A stretch of 64,000 nt of DNA from Heterodontus francisci (lineage: Eukaryota): NCBI RefSeq assembly GCF_036365525.1, contig NC_090404.1:12118550-12182549 (forward strand), in the 5' to 3' direction. Each line of letters opens with the position of its first letter. The stretch's first letter is position 1. Shown piece after piece: positions 35,421-48,059 of the stretch. Position numbers and translations under genes: made by a program. Under the pieces are notes generated by a model, which was given only the letters and a program-made list of their open reading frames with translations, ran no database searches and was not told the origin of the DNA.

Positions 35421-36654
35421 ACCTTTCCCGATGTTTCCCATTTGGCACCGCTCTTAAAATGTGCAGAGAGGCACCGGGTGGATCTATGGAAGAAGGAGTC
35501 ACTCAGCTGCGCAGCTCCATTGATCAGATCTTCAACCATTGTTTTATTCATTCATGGGATGTGGGCGTCACTGGCTAGGCCAGCATTTATTGCCCATCCC
35601 CAATTGCCCTTGAGAAGGTGGTGGTGAGCTGCCTTTTTGAACCGCTGTCGTCCATTTGGGGTAGGTATACCCACAGTGCTGTTAGGAAGGGGGTTCCAGG
35701 ATTTTGACCCAGTGACAGTGAAGGAACGGCGATATAGTTCCAAGTCAGGACGGTGTGTGACTTGGAGCGGAACTTGCAGGTGATGGTGTTCCCATGTATT
35801 TGCTGCCCTTGTCCTTCTAGTTGGTAGAGGTCGCGGGTTTGGAAGGTGCTGTCTGAGGAGCCTTGGTGCATTGCTGCAGTGCATCTTGTAGATGGTATTC
35901 ACTGCTGCCACTCTGCATCGGTGGTGGAGGGAGTGAATGTTTGCAGATGGGGTGCCAATCAAGCGGGCTGCTTTGCCCTGAGAACAGACAGGCACTGACC
36001 TGATGCGCCTTAGGGTGCCTCATTCATCCAACTGAACGGGCTGTTGCTCAGATCTTCATTCACTGAGACCAGATCAGGATATGGCTGATCCACTGAGGGG
36101 AGCCTCACGAACCTCCATCAGCAAAAATCTCAGATCTCTAACATTTGAGACCAGGCAGACACTGAACGGATCCCTCGTAAGGCTCCTCACTCAGCTGTAA
36201 AGGTACATTGCTCAGATAGTTAACCGTGATGTATAGAGAGGCACTGAGATGATGCACCGTAGGGAGCCTCAGTCATCTGCACAGTTACATTGTTAAGATT
36301 TTTAACCATTGAATACAGACAGTATCTGGGTTCATGCACAGAGGAGGCCTCATTCACCTGCACAAGTCCTTTGCTCAGATTTTAAACTTTGAATACTTAC
36401 AAATGAAGGACCAATCCCCTGTGGGAGCCTCACTCACTTACACTGGGCCGTTTCTCAGACCTTCCTTTCATTGTAATACTTCATAATTTTAACCCGCTGT
36501 TTATTTTTCTGCTCCCTGGCTAGATTTTTTTAACCTCTGCTTATCTCTGTCATTCTGTTTTTTCCTTTTGCCTCTTTCTTCATACTATCATTCTGTTTTT
36601 TTCCTTTTGCCCCTTTCTTCTCATCTCCCCAATTCCCTTCACAAAGACCAGATA

Positions 36655-38470
36655 CACAAGAGCACAAGAGATAGGAATGGAGGTTGACCATATAGCCCAT
36701 CGGGACAGCTCCGCCATTCAATACGATCATGGCTGGTCTTCGGCTTCAAGTTCATTTTTCTGGCAGCTCCCCATATCCCTTGATTCCCTGCGAGCCCAAA
36801 ATTCTATCTATCTCAGCCTTAAATGTATTCAATGATGGAGCATCCACAATCCTCTGGGGGAGAGAATTCCAAAGATTCACAAACCTTTGAGTGAAATAAT
36901 TTCTCCTCATCTCAGTCCTGAATGATTGGCCCCTTATCCTTCGACTGTGTCCCTGTGTTCTAGATTCCCTGACCAGCGGGAACAATCTCTCAGCTTCTAC
37001 CCTATCAAGCCCTTTCAAAATCTTGTATGTCGCAATTAGATCGCCTGTCATTCTTCTAAACTCCAGAGAATATAGACCCAATTTACTCAGTCTCTCATCA
37101 TAGGACAACGCCTTCATTCCAGGGTCCAATTTAGTAAATCTTCGCTGCACTGTCTCCATTGCAATATGTCACTTCTTAAATGTGGAGACCAAAACTGCAC
37201 AGAATATTCCCGGTGCGGTCTCACCAAAGCTCTGTACAATTTTAGTAAGCCCTTTTCGTTGTGCAGCTTTTCCAGGAGCACAGGCATTGCGAGCGAGGAG
37301 TGAACAGCTGGGAAGTCAATTTCATCGGGAGTTTCGGTGGAGCAGGGACCACTGGGTAAGTAGAAACCTATATATTTGGGCTGTGTAAATTCTCTTACCT
37401 TTTCGTTGTGCAGCTTTTCCAGGAGCACAGGCATTGCGAGCGAGGAGTGAACAGCTGGGAAGTCAATTTCATCGGGAGTTTCGGTGGAGCAGGGACTGCT
37501 GGGTAAGTAGAAACCTATATATTTGGGCTGTGTAAATTCTCTTACCTTTTCGTTGTGCAGCTTTTCCAGGAGCACAGGCATTGCGAGCGAGGAGTGAACA
37601 GCTGGGAAGTCAATTTCAATGGGGAGTTTCGGTGGAGCAGGGACTGCTGGGTAAGTAGAAACCTATATATTTGGGCTGCTTCTGAACCCGAGACATGCAG
37701 AAGAGGAAATTTAAGGCAGAGAAATGTGAAAAACGTGGAGAGGCAATGTAAAATAAAGGGTGCAATTCTAAAAGGGGTGCAGGAGCAGAGGGACCTGTGT
37801 GCATATGTGAATAATTCTTTGAAGGTGGCAAGACAGGTTGAGATAGCGGTTAATGGAGCATACAGCATACTTGGCTTCAATAATATGTGCATAGAGTGCA
37901 AAAGCCATCAATGCATGTTGAAAATTATATCGAACACTGGTTTGGCTTCAACTGGAATATTGCGTCCAGTTCTGGGCGCCAGAATTTAGGAAAGATGTGC
38001 AGGCATTGGAGAGCATGCAGAAAAGGTTCACGAGAATGGTTCCAGAGATAAAGAACTTCGGTTAGGTGGAAAAAAGTGGAGAATTTGGGACAGTTTTCTT
38101 TGGAGAAGAGACGGTTGAAAGGAGATCTGATAGAGGTTTTTAAACTGATGTGGAGTCTGGACAGAGTAGATAAGGAAAAACTGTTCCCATTGATCGAGAA
38201 CAAGAGGGCACACATTTAAGGACATTATCAACAGAAGCAATGGTGACATGGTGACAGCGGCAGGTTAGGATCTGGAATGCACTGCGTGAGAGTGCGATGA
38301 AGTGATATTCAATCGAGGCATTCAAAAGGGAATTGGATTATTATCTGAAAAGGAAGAATGTGTCGGCCTCCGGGGAGATGGCGGTGCAGTGGCACGAGGT
38401 AAATTGCCCTTTCGGAGAGCTGGCGCAGACACGACGTGCCGAATGGCCTCCTGCTCTGATTCTGTGACAA
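36655..38470. mobile_element. Divergently oriented CR1 3' fragments (- 36655-37250, + 37720-38470)
   Basis: LYRALVRPH.EY.VQFWSP and LYSLEFRRM.GDLI motifs on both strands. Confidence 0.85.
37251..37678 (+). repeat. 147-bp tandem repeat, about 2.9 near-identical copies
   Basis: Units start at 37251, 37398 and 37545; each contains ctgggtaagt and tatatattt. Confidence 0.92.
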
Positions 38471-39790
38471 AATGAATGAAGAAATTGTAGAAATGATTCG
38501 ATTTGTTTTGATCTACAGACCATTGAGTTTGACAGAGACAGGCTGGAGAATCTGCTCCACTCAAGATAGGTGAACTCACCAATTCAATCCGAGTGGCTTC
38601 AAGGAGCACAACAAGATTTGAAACCACGGAGTTTCTGATAGACTAGTCCCAGAGCTGCCAGTAGATGAAGGTATCGCCAAGAACCTTCTCTCAGCAGTTA
38701 ATGGGCGACTCTGTAAGTGACTGTTTTAATACCAGCAGAGATCAACTTTTCCAGGCAGATGCTGCAGGGTGATTACTGCGGATTTGCCGCCATCTGGTGG
38801 AATAAATCAGAATTTCTCCCCAGCAATCTTTCCTTCAATAGGAGAACTTTTGTTTCGGAATTCATTTCGTGAGGCATTCATAAGGACACTACACCAAAAC
38901 GGTTGTGATAATTAAATAATAAGTGCAGGACAAAGTACAGTTACAAAGTCAGATTGCTAAGAATCGTACCTACTAGGGCAATAGATACGCCAGAAATGGC
39001 ATTGCACGTTCCCTTTGGGAGCAGAGCCGATCTCTTGCTCTGCACTGGGCCAAACTCGTATCTTTCACGTTTTTTTTTAACTTTTATGTGTCATATATTT
39101 TATAGTGTTAGTCACATCTTGCTAACGTGATCACATTTCAATGTATTAATTTCGTTACAAATTAATACTCAACACGTTAATTAAATTATACGAATTTCTT
39201 CAGTGTATCTGCATTTTTATTTTACTCTCTGCATTGTCTCAGTTATTCCTGCACAAGGCTCAGTCTGAAGTTTATATTACATGCAGAACTATCTCAGTCA
39301 AGATTCATTCAGGAGATGTGGGCGTCGCTGACCAGGCCAGCATTCATTGCCCATCCCTAATTGCCCTTGAGAAGGTGGTGTTGAGCTGCCTTCTTGAACC
39401 ACTGCAGTTGTTGGTGTTCGGGTACACCAACAGTCCTGTTAGGAAGGAAGTTACAGAACTTTGATCCAGTGACAGTAAAGGAATGGAGATATAGTTCCAA
39501 GTCAGGATGGTGTGTGGCTTGGAGGAGAACTTGCAGTTGATAGCTTTCCAAGCATCTGCTTCCTTATTCTTCTAGGTGGTAGAGGTCACGGGTTTGGTAG
39601 GTGCTGGCGAAAAAACCTGGGTGAGTTGCTGAAGTGCATCTTGTAAATGGTATACACTGCTTCCACTGTCCGTCGGTGGTGAGGGAGTGAATGTTAAAGG
39701 TGGATGCCAATCAAGTGGGTGGCTTTGTCTTGGATGGTGCGTCCTATTATATCTCTTTTTATATTACACTCGATACTATCTTATTAATTG

Positions 39791-39926
39791 NNNNNNNNNN
39801 NNNNNNNNNNNNNNNNNNNNNNNNNNNNNNNNNNNNNNNNNNNNNNNNNNNNNNNNNNNNNNNNNNNNNNNNNNNNNNNNNNNNNNNNNNNNNNNNNNNN
39901 NNNNNNNNNNNNNNNNNNNNNNNNNN
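39791..39926. other. Assembly gap
   Basis: Run of N. Confidence 1.
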
Positions 39927-40947
39927 TTCAAGAAAGGGGGTGACAGACAGCAAGAAACTATAGGCCAGGTAGCCTAACCTTTGTTATTGGTAAATGCTGG
40001 AATCTATTATTAAAGAAATTAAGGAAATCATTTGGCAGACGGTAAGGATGATACCAATCAACTTCAACAGGACATAGATAGGCTATCAGAACGGGCAGAC
40101 AAGTGTCAGATGGAAGTTAATACAGAGAAGTGTGAGGTGATGCATATGGGAAAAATGGATATTAAAGAGGAAATAGAGACTAAATAGTACAGTTCTAAAG
40201 GGTTTGCAGGGGCAGAGGGACCTGAGGGTTCCTGTGCATAGATCTTTAAAGGTGGCAGGACATATTGAGAGAATAGTTAGCAAAGCATATGGGATCTTGG
40301 ACTTCAGAAATAGAGGTATTGAGAACTAAAGTAGGGAAGTTATGCCGAGCCTTTACAAAACTCTGGTTAGTAGACAACGAAAGTATTACATCTGATCACC
40401 ACATTTTTGGAAGGATGAGAGTGTCCTTGAGAGGGCGCAGAGAAGATTTACCAGAATGGTTCCAGAGATGAGGGATTTTAGTTACTAGGTTATGTTGGGA
40501 AAGCTGCGGTTGTTCTCCTTGGAACAAAAATATTGAGGGGCGATTTGGTAAAAGTGTGATTATGTGTGTGAGAGAAGTGATTATGAAAGATTTGGGTAGG
40601 CAAGTCAAATAACAGCTATTCTCATTATCTGATGGTACAAGGACTAGGGGACACAGATTTAAACTTTTGGGCAAGAGATGCAGGGGGTACATGAAGAAGA
40701 ACGTTTTTACACATTGAGTGGTAATAACCTGGATCTTGCTGCCTACAAGGGTGGTGGAATCAGAGACGATGAAATGTTTCAAAAAGAAATTGAATGCACA
40801 CTTGAGGGAAATAAACTTGCAGGGCTAAGGGGATGGAACCACTGAATGGAACTGTTTAGATTGTTCTACCGATAGCCAGTATGGACTTGGAGGGCTGAAT
40901 GGCCCACTTCTGTGCCGTTATGATTCTATGACTCTGTAATGCAATCA

Positions 40948-41304
40948 GGTGGCACAGTGGCGCTGTGGTTAGCACCGCAGCCTCACAGCTCTAGCGACCC
41001 GGGTTGAATTCTGGGTACTGCCTGTGTGGAGTTTGCAAGTTCTCCCTGTGTCTGCGTGGGTTTTCTCCGGGTGCTCCGGTTTCCTCCCACAAGCCAAAAG
41101 ACTTGCAGGTTGGTAGGTAAATTGGCCATTATAAATTGCTACTAGTAGAGGTAGGTGGGAGGGAAATATAGGGACAGGTGGGGATGTGGTAGGAATATGG
41201 GATAAGTGTAGGATTAGTATAAATGGGTGGTTGATGGTCGGCACAGACTCGGTGGGCCGAAGGGCCTGTTTCAGTGCTGTATCTCTAAACTAAACTAAAC
41301 TAAA
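40948..41304 (+). mobile_element. HE1-type V-SINE
   Basis: tRNA-like head ggtggcacagtggcgctgtggttagcac; V-domain gtctgcgtgggttttctccgggtgctccggtttcctcccaca; 3' tail gtgggccgaagggcctgtt shared with the CR1 LINE; (ctaaa)n end. Confidence 0.88.
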
Positions 41305-43134
41305 GTTGTGTTTGGCAATTTTGTTAGAGTTCTTTGAGGACGTAACAAGCAGGGTGGAAAATAGGCAACCAATGGATGTAATGTATTTGGATTTACAAAA
41401 GGCATTCAATAAGGTGCCACATAAAAGGTTACTACACAAGATAAGAGCTCATGGTGCTGAGGGCAATATATTAGCATACATAGAGGATTGGCTAATTAAG
41501 AGGAAATAGAGAGTCGGGTTAAATCGGGCATTTTCAGGTTGGAAAACAGTAAGCAGTGTCGTGCCACAGGGATCAGTGCTGGCTCCTCAACTATTTACAA
41601 TCTATATTAATGACTTGGATGAAGGGACTGAGTGTATCATAGCCAAATTTGTGGACAATACGAAGATAGGTAGGAAAGCAAGTTGCAAGGAGGATGCAAA
41701 CTGCGTGCAAGGAGATATAGATAGGTTAAGTTAGTGGAAAAAATGGGCAGATGGAGTATAATGTGGGAAAATGTGTGGTTGTCCACTTCGATAGGAAGGC
41801 TAGAAAAGCAGAATATTATTTACATGGAGAGAGACTGCAGAATACTGTGGTACAGAGGGATTTGGGTGTCCTCGCAAATTAATCACAAAATGTTAGCGTT
41901 CAGGTACAGCAAGTAATGAGGAAGGCCAATGGAATGTTGGTGTTTATTGAAAAGGGGATGAAGTATAAAAGTAAGAAAGTATTGTTACAACTTTACAGGG
42001 GATTGGTGAGAGCTCACTTAGAATACTGCATACAGTTTTGGTCTCCTTACTTAAGGAGGGATGTAATTGCATTGGAAGCAGTTCAGAGAATTTTCACGAA
42101 GCTGATTTCTGGGGTTGTCTTATGAGAAATGGTTGAGCATGTTGGGCCTATACTCATTGGTGTTCACAAGACTGAGAAATGATGTTATTGAAAGACATAA
42201 GATTCTGAGGGGGTTTGACAGGGCACATACTGAAAGGATGTCTCCACTCATGAAGGAATCTAGAACTAAGGGGCACAGTTTCAAAATAAGGGGTCTCCCA
42301 TTTAAGACGGAGGTGAAGAAGAATTTCTTCTCTCAGCGGGTCGTCAGTATTTGGAACACTCTTCCCCAGAGAACAGTGGATGCTGGGTCATTGAAGATAT
42401 TCAAAGCTGCTTTAGACAAATTTTTGATGTGCAAGAGAGTCAAGGGCTATGGCCAGCAGGAGTAAAGTGGAGTTCAGGCCACAATCAGACCAGCCATAAG
42501 CGTATTGAATGGTGGAGCTAACTCGAGGGACCAAATAACCTACTCCTGCCCCGATTTCTTCTGTTCTTATAGATAGACAGATCGACAGACAGACAAACAA
42601 ATGGATAGACAAATAGCTAAATAGATAGACAGTGTCAGTCGTATATTTAAATATAAATAAAATATACCTTTGTGTGTTGAAAGAATACATTTCATCTTGT
42701 GAATAACTATCAGCACCTGTGTGCAATTTCTAATTGCTCTGGCATTACGTGGGGAATCTTTGCGTCAAAAGGATGAGTGAACCTTGAAACAATCTCACAG
42801 AGATGAACTGGGATTAAGGCACAGGACTAAAGGTGAGCAATATTGTACTGCACGTTACACTACTTAGTGACAAAACTTTGTTGTGTTAAGGTTTACTAAT
42901 TCATATTTGTGTTGTACTATGTCCATTGCTGACAGTTTTTTTAATGTGAAGGATTTTTTTATTCTGCAGGATTTTCTATTGAACTTTTGCCTCACCCACT
43001 GCTTGTGTTGGTCAGAGTCTGGAACCATGTCCTCACAGCACCAGCAGATGGGCTGCCGTAGGGTCCTAATGTCCACCCGATTATCTCTCTCTCAACTGGT
43101 TAAGAGGTGCAACTGAAACCAGCTCATGTAATAT

Positions 43135-43440
43135 GGGCGGCACAGTGGCGCAGTGGTTAGCCACTGGGGTTCAGTTCTGGGTACTACATGATCGGAGTTT
43201 GCGAGTTCTCCCTGTGTCTGCGTGGGTTTCCACCGGGTGCTCCCACATCCAAAGATAGGTTGATAGGTAAATTGACCTTTGTAAATTGCCCCAAGTAGGT
43301 GGAAGGGGAATGGTGGGGATGTGGTAGACAATATGGGGTTAATGCAGGATTAGTGTAAATGGGTGGCTGTTGGTCGGCACAGACTCGGTGGGCCGAAGGG
43401 CCTGTTTCAGTGCTGCACCTCTAAATAAATAAAATAAAAT
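43135..43440 (+). mobile_element. HE1-type V-SINE, internally deleted
   Basis: gggcggcacagtggcgcagtggttagc head, the same V-domain and the same LINE-derived tail. Confidence 0.85.
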
Positions 43441-46400
43441 ATGCTTTCTGTGTTAGTGGGATTGTGTCTGTGCTCTCTGGTTGCCTGTATGTGTGAGCTG
43501 CATGGCTGTGTGTGGGTACACATAATTCTTAATGCTTGCAATACATTGCACCAAGAGAAGTAATTATGTCCACCTTCTGTTTTTCAGCATTTTATTCAAC
43601 TTCGATTCACACAACATGTGATAACATTGCCAATCGTTTTATAGAAGACAAATGTAGGTCCCTTACGGTCAGAAACGGGGCAATCTATAATGGGGAACAA
43701 AGAAATGGCAGAACAATGAAACACATACTTTGGTTCAGTCTTCACAAAGGAGGACACAAATAACCTCCCAGAAATGTTAGGGAACCAAGAGTCCAACGAG
43801 AGGGAGGAACTGAAGGAAATCAATATTAGCAAAAAAATAGTGCGAGGGAAATTAATGGGATTAAAGGCTGACAAATCCCCAGGCCCTGATAATCTACATC
43901 CCAGAGTACTAAAGGAAGTGGCCCTGGAAATAGTGGATGCAGTGATGGTCATCTTCCAAAATTTTATTGACTCTGGAACAGTTCTTACAGATTGGAGGGT
44001 GGAAAGTGTAACCCCACTATTTAAAAAAGCAGGGAGAAAAAAGCCTTACATCAGTAGTGGGGGAAATGTAAGAGTCCATTCTGAAAGATCTGATAGCAGA
44101 ACACCTGGAAAGCATAAACGGGATTGGACAAAGTCAGCATGGGTTTAGGAAAGGGAAATCATGCGAAACAAATGTTCTGGAGGTTTTTTTGAGGATGTAA
44201 CTAGCAGAATAGATAAGGGAGAACAAGTGGATGTGGTGTATTTGGATTTTCAGAAGGCTTTTGATAAGGTCCCACTTAAGAGGTTAGTGTGCAAACTTAA
44301 AGCATATGGGATTGGGGGTGATATACTGGCATGGATTGAGAATTGGCTGACAGACAGCAAACAGAGATTAGGAATAAATGGTCTCTTTCTGGGTGGCAGG
44401 CAGTGACTAGTGTGGTACCGCAGGGGTCAGTGCTTGGACCCAGGCTATTCACAATATATATTAACGATTTGGGTGAGGCGACTGAATGTAACATTTCCAA
44501 GTTTGCAGGCGACACAAAGCTGGGGTGTAGGGGGTGGTGGGGAATGTGAGCTGTGAGGAGGATGCAAAGAGGCTTCAGTGTGATTTGGACAAGTTAGGTG
44601 AGTGGGCAAATGCATGGTAGATGCAGTATAACGTGGATCAATGTGAGGTTATCCACTTTGGTTGTAAAAAGAGAAAGGCATATTATTATCTGAGTGGTGA
44701 TAGATTGGGAAAGGGGGAGGTTCAACGAGACCTGGGTGCCTTTGTACACCAGTCGCTGAAAACAAGCATTCACGTGCAGCAAGCACTTAGGTGGGCGAAT
44801 GATATGTTGGCCTTCATTGCAAGAGGATTTGAGTACAGGAGCAAGGACGTCATATTGCAGTTATATAGGACATTGGTGAGACCACATTTGGAGTATTGTG
44901 TTCAGTCTTGGTCTCCTGATTTGAGGAAGGATGTTCTTGCCACGGAGGGAGTGCAAAGAAGATTTACTCAGCTGATTCCTGGGATGGCAAGATATCCGTA
45001 TGGAGAGAGATTGGGCCGACTAGGTCTATATTCACTGGAATTTAGAAGAATGAGAGGGATCTCATAGACACCTATAACATTCTAACAGAACTGGGCAGGC
45101 TAGATGCAGGAAGGATGTTCCCGATGGCTTGGGAGTCCCAAACCAGGAGTCACAGTCTCAGGATATGGGATATGCCATTTAGAACCGAGACGTGGAGAAA
45201 TGTCTTCACTCAGAGGGTTGTGAACCTGTGGAATTCTCTATTGCAGAAGGCAGTGGAGGCCAAGTCATTAAATATATTCAAGAAAGGGACAGATATATTT
45301 CTGAATGCCAATGGGATCAAGGGATATGGGGAGAAAGAAGGAACAGGGTACTGAATTGGAAGATCAGCCATGATCTTTTTTGAATGGTGGAGCAGGCCCG
45401 AATGGTAGAATGGCCTACTCCTGCCCCTATTTTTTTATGTTTCTATGTTTAATAACAATGACAAATATTCGCAACCCATTCTGTTGCAAGTTCTTGTTTC
45501 GAAAGCAATCTCACATTGAACATTCTGTTACCAAGGCGAGCACGTCTGTCACCGAACTCATTGAACCTCTCTCCTCTCTCTCAGACTGAGCTCACTGAAC
45601 CTTTCTCCTCTCCCTCTTTTTCTCTGTCTCTCTCACTCAGACAGACCCTGACTCCCTTAAAATCTCCTGTTTTCGAATAATCCTCTGTGAGGAAAATTCA
45701 TGTTGTTTGTTTCCCCTCATTTCTCCCAGTGATCATCCTCAATCCATGTTCTTCAGTGAATGCTTGAACACCCAAATGAACTCATGTCTTTTACTCTTGA
45801 AATGAGAATGGAGGTGAATGCAATGTTGAGTCCAGAAGCAATCAGTGTGCTGGTTCTTGGTGCTGTCAGAGTGAATCCACCCTCACAGGCAGGATGACTG
45901 TTCATGGTGATAACATGAAACAGACAGCTGCTGTTTCATTCTCAGGTAGCACAACTTCCTATTTCTCTGCTGCCGCTTCAAAACCGCACATCTCACTTCT
46001 GAGCAGAAAATAAATCCAGGGGCCACAATCTGATGGAAACATCTGCTAAGGCGGCCTATATCTGGCCACAGAGTCGGTGCAGAGTCACACAGGTCACATT
46101 GTGGAAACATTTACAAATAAACCTGTTGTTTCTGTTTCGAGTCTCTATTCCCGGACATAACTGGCAATGTCTGGATCAGTCACCGATCTCCCTCTGCTCT
46201 CTGGAGCCGGGAGCTGGTCGTTTGTCCCTTTCATTTTATATAATTCCCTCTGTGTGTTCCTTGTTCGCCCATAACTCCGCTTTATCTCTCACCACCTTCT
46301 GTTTCTGCCTTTTTATAGTCCCTCTCAGTTTTTCTCTCACTCTTTCTTTCTCTAGTTTTCTCGCATCTTTTTCCATCTGCGTGTTCCTATTTAATAGAGA

Positions 46401-46934
46401 TGTTCAAAATAATAAGGAATTTTTGATAGATTATGTGAGGAGAAACAGGAGTTGCCCTCCATCGAGCAGAAAATGTTAAAGGGAGATTTCATGGAAGTGT
46501 GCAAAATCAGAAAAGCTTTTTCATAGATATGGAGAAACTGTTTCCAATAGCAGGAGGGTTTGTAAGCAGAGGGCACAGAGATTTAAGATATTTGGAAACA
46601 GAACCAGAGGAAGAGATGAGGAGAATTTTGTTTTTAAACAGTGATTTATTGTGATCAGGAATGCACACCCTGAAAGGGTGCTGGAAGCAAATTGAATAGT
46701 AACTTTCAATGGGAACTGGATAAATATCTGAAGGGGAGCAAATTGGCTGCGTTATGGGGAATAGGACTAATTGGACAGATCACTCGTTTTTACTCTGAAT
46801 TTTCCTCTGGTGAGGTTTTGAGGTTTGATCTTTTCAGTCATCATGTGCCTTCAACAGAAGATTTAAAACATTAGTTTCTACAAACTGTCAGATCCAGCCC
46901 CAATGTTTCTGTGTAGCACGGGGACTGAAATAAA

Positions 46935-47197
46935 GAAAAAGAAAGACTTGAATTTCTATAGCGCTTTTCACAACCACCAGACATCTCAAAACGCTTTATA
47001 GCCAATGAAGTACTTTTGAAGTGCGGTCACTATTGTAATGCAGAAGCACAGCAGCCAATTTGCAAACAACAAACTCCCACAGACAAAATTTAATCCTGCA
47101 ATTTCGTGTCAGCCTTGATTTTCGTGCTCACGCCCTGGAGTGGGTCTTGAACTGTGACTCAGAGGTCAGAGTGTTACCAACTAAGGCACAGCTGACA
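46935..47197 (-). mobile_element. tRNA-derived SINE (Deu/SacSINE-like), internally deleted
   Basis: Minus strand begins gtcagctgtgccttagttggtaacactctgacctctgagtca...gttcaagacccactcc (A/B boxes) and ends aagcgctatagaaattcaagtcttt. Confidence 0.6.
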
Positions 47198-47846
47198 GCT
47201 GCAGAATGATGAGAAGGAACAGATTCTTTTCAGTGCCTCTGAGAAATGCACCATTGACACCTCAGATATCAGAAATCTCTGGAGTCCGCCACGTCTTCAT
47301 GGTCACCCCCTTTTGTGCATCAGCTCTTAGTCAGGTGGAATCAGTCACATGCCTTTGTCATGATGTTCCCACACCGACATTATCACACAAATGCCTGTGT
47401 CACTCACCATGACACAGAAGCCTGCACTGGGCCCAAAACATCATTATTTCCCTGCTCATTGTCTTCCTGTTGCAATCAGGCATTTGTTAGGCCCCCTGCC
47501 TTCCTCAATGTCAGAATACTTGCACTAAAAGCAGCTTGTGTTATTGATACACTGGAACCCGCCTCTGTGATTATTATTATACCAGGTCCCAGTATATATT
47601 CAAGAAGGGGATAGATATATTTCTGAATGCCAAATGGATCTAGGGATATGGGGAGAAAGTGGGAACAGGGTACTGAATGAGACGATCAGCCATGATCTTT
47701 TTTGAATTTTGGAGCAGGCCAGAAGGGCCGAATGGCCTACTCCTATTTCTATATTTGTATGTTTCCATGACAGCAATTAACAAGATTAAACATATTCTTC
47801 CATAGAGAAAATGATTACACCCTCCCACACTCACAAATATATGGCG

Positions 47847-48025
47847 TGGAAATTGGTCTCAGGCAGTGGCACAGAACGAGCAGTATGGGATTGAATGCCT
47901 GGTATCGGCAGCGCCTGATATTTAATTCTGTTGAGTGTAATGAAACTGAATATCAGGGTGCGGCATACAACGGGCGAACGAGCCAATAGCGCCCGGTTTT
48001 GGCCGTCACACGAGACCAATTTGCA
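47847..48025. mobile_element. Palindromic MITE-like element
   Basis: Terminal aaattggtctc / gagaccaattt inverted pair, plus an internal ctgatatt / aatatcag inverted pair. Confidence 0.55.
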
Positions 48026-48059
48026 GTTGAACATCTTTATTTATAATATATCTTCATCT

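Larger units (their letters stand above)
39927..45450 (+). mobile_element. Cluster of degenerate CR1 LINE fragments (about 39927-40935, 41305-42570, 43640-45450)
   Basis: [20 protein letters not shown] and LYRTLVRPHLEYCVQ motifs with stops and frameshifts. Confidence 0.85.

Noticed and set aside
40948-41020. tRNA gene
   Set aside because: It is the tRNA-derived head of a SINE and continues into the V-domain and LINE-derived tail.
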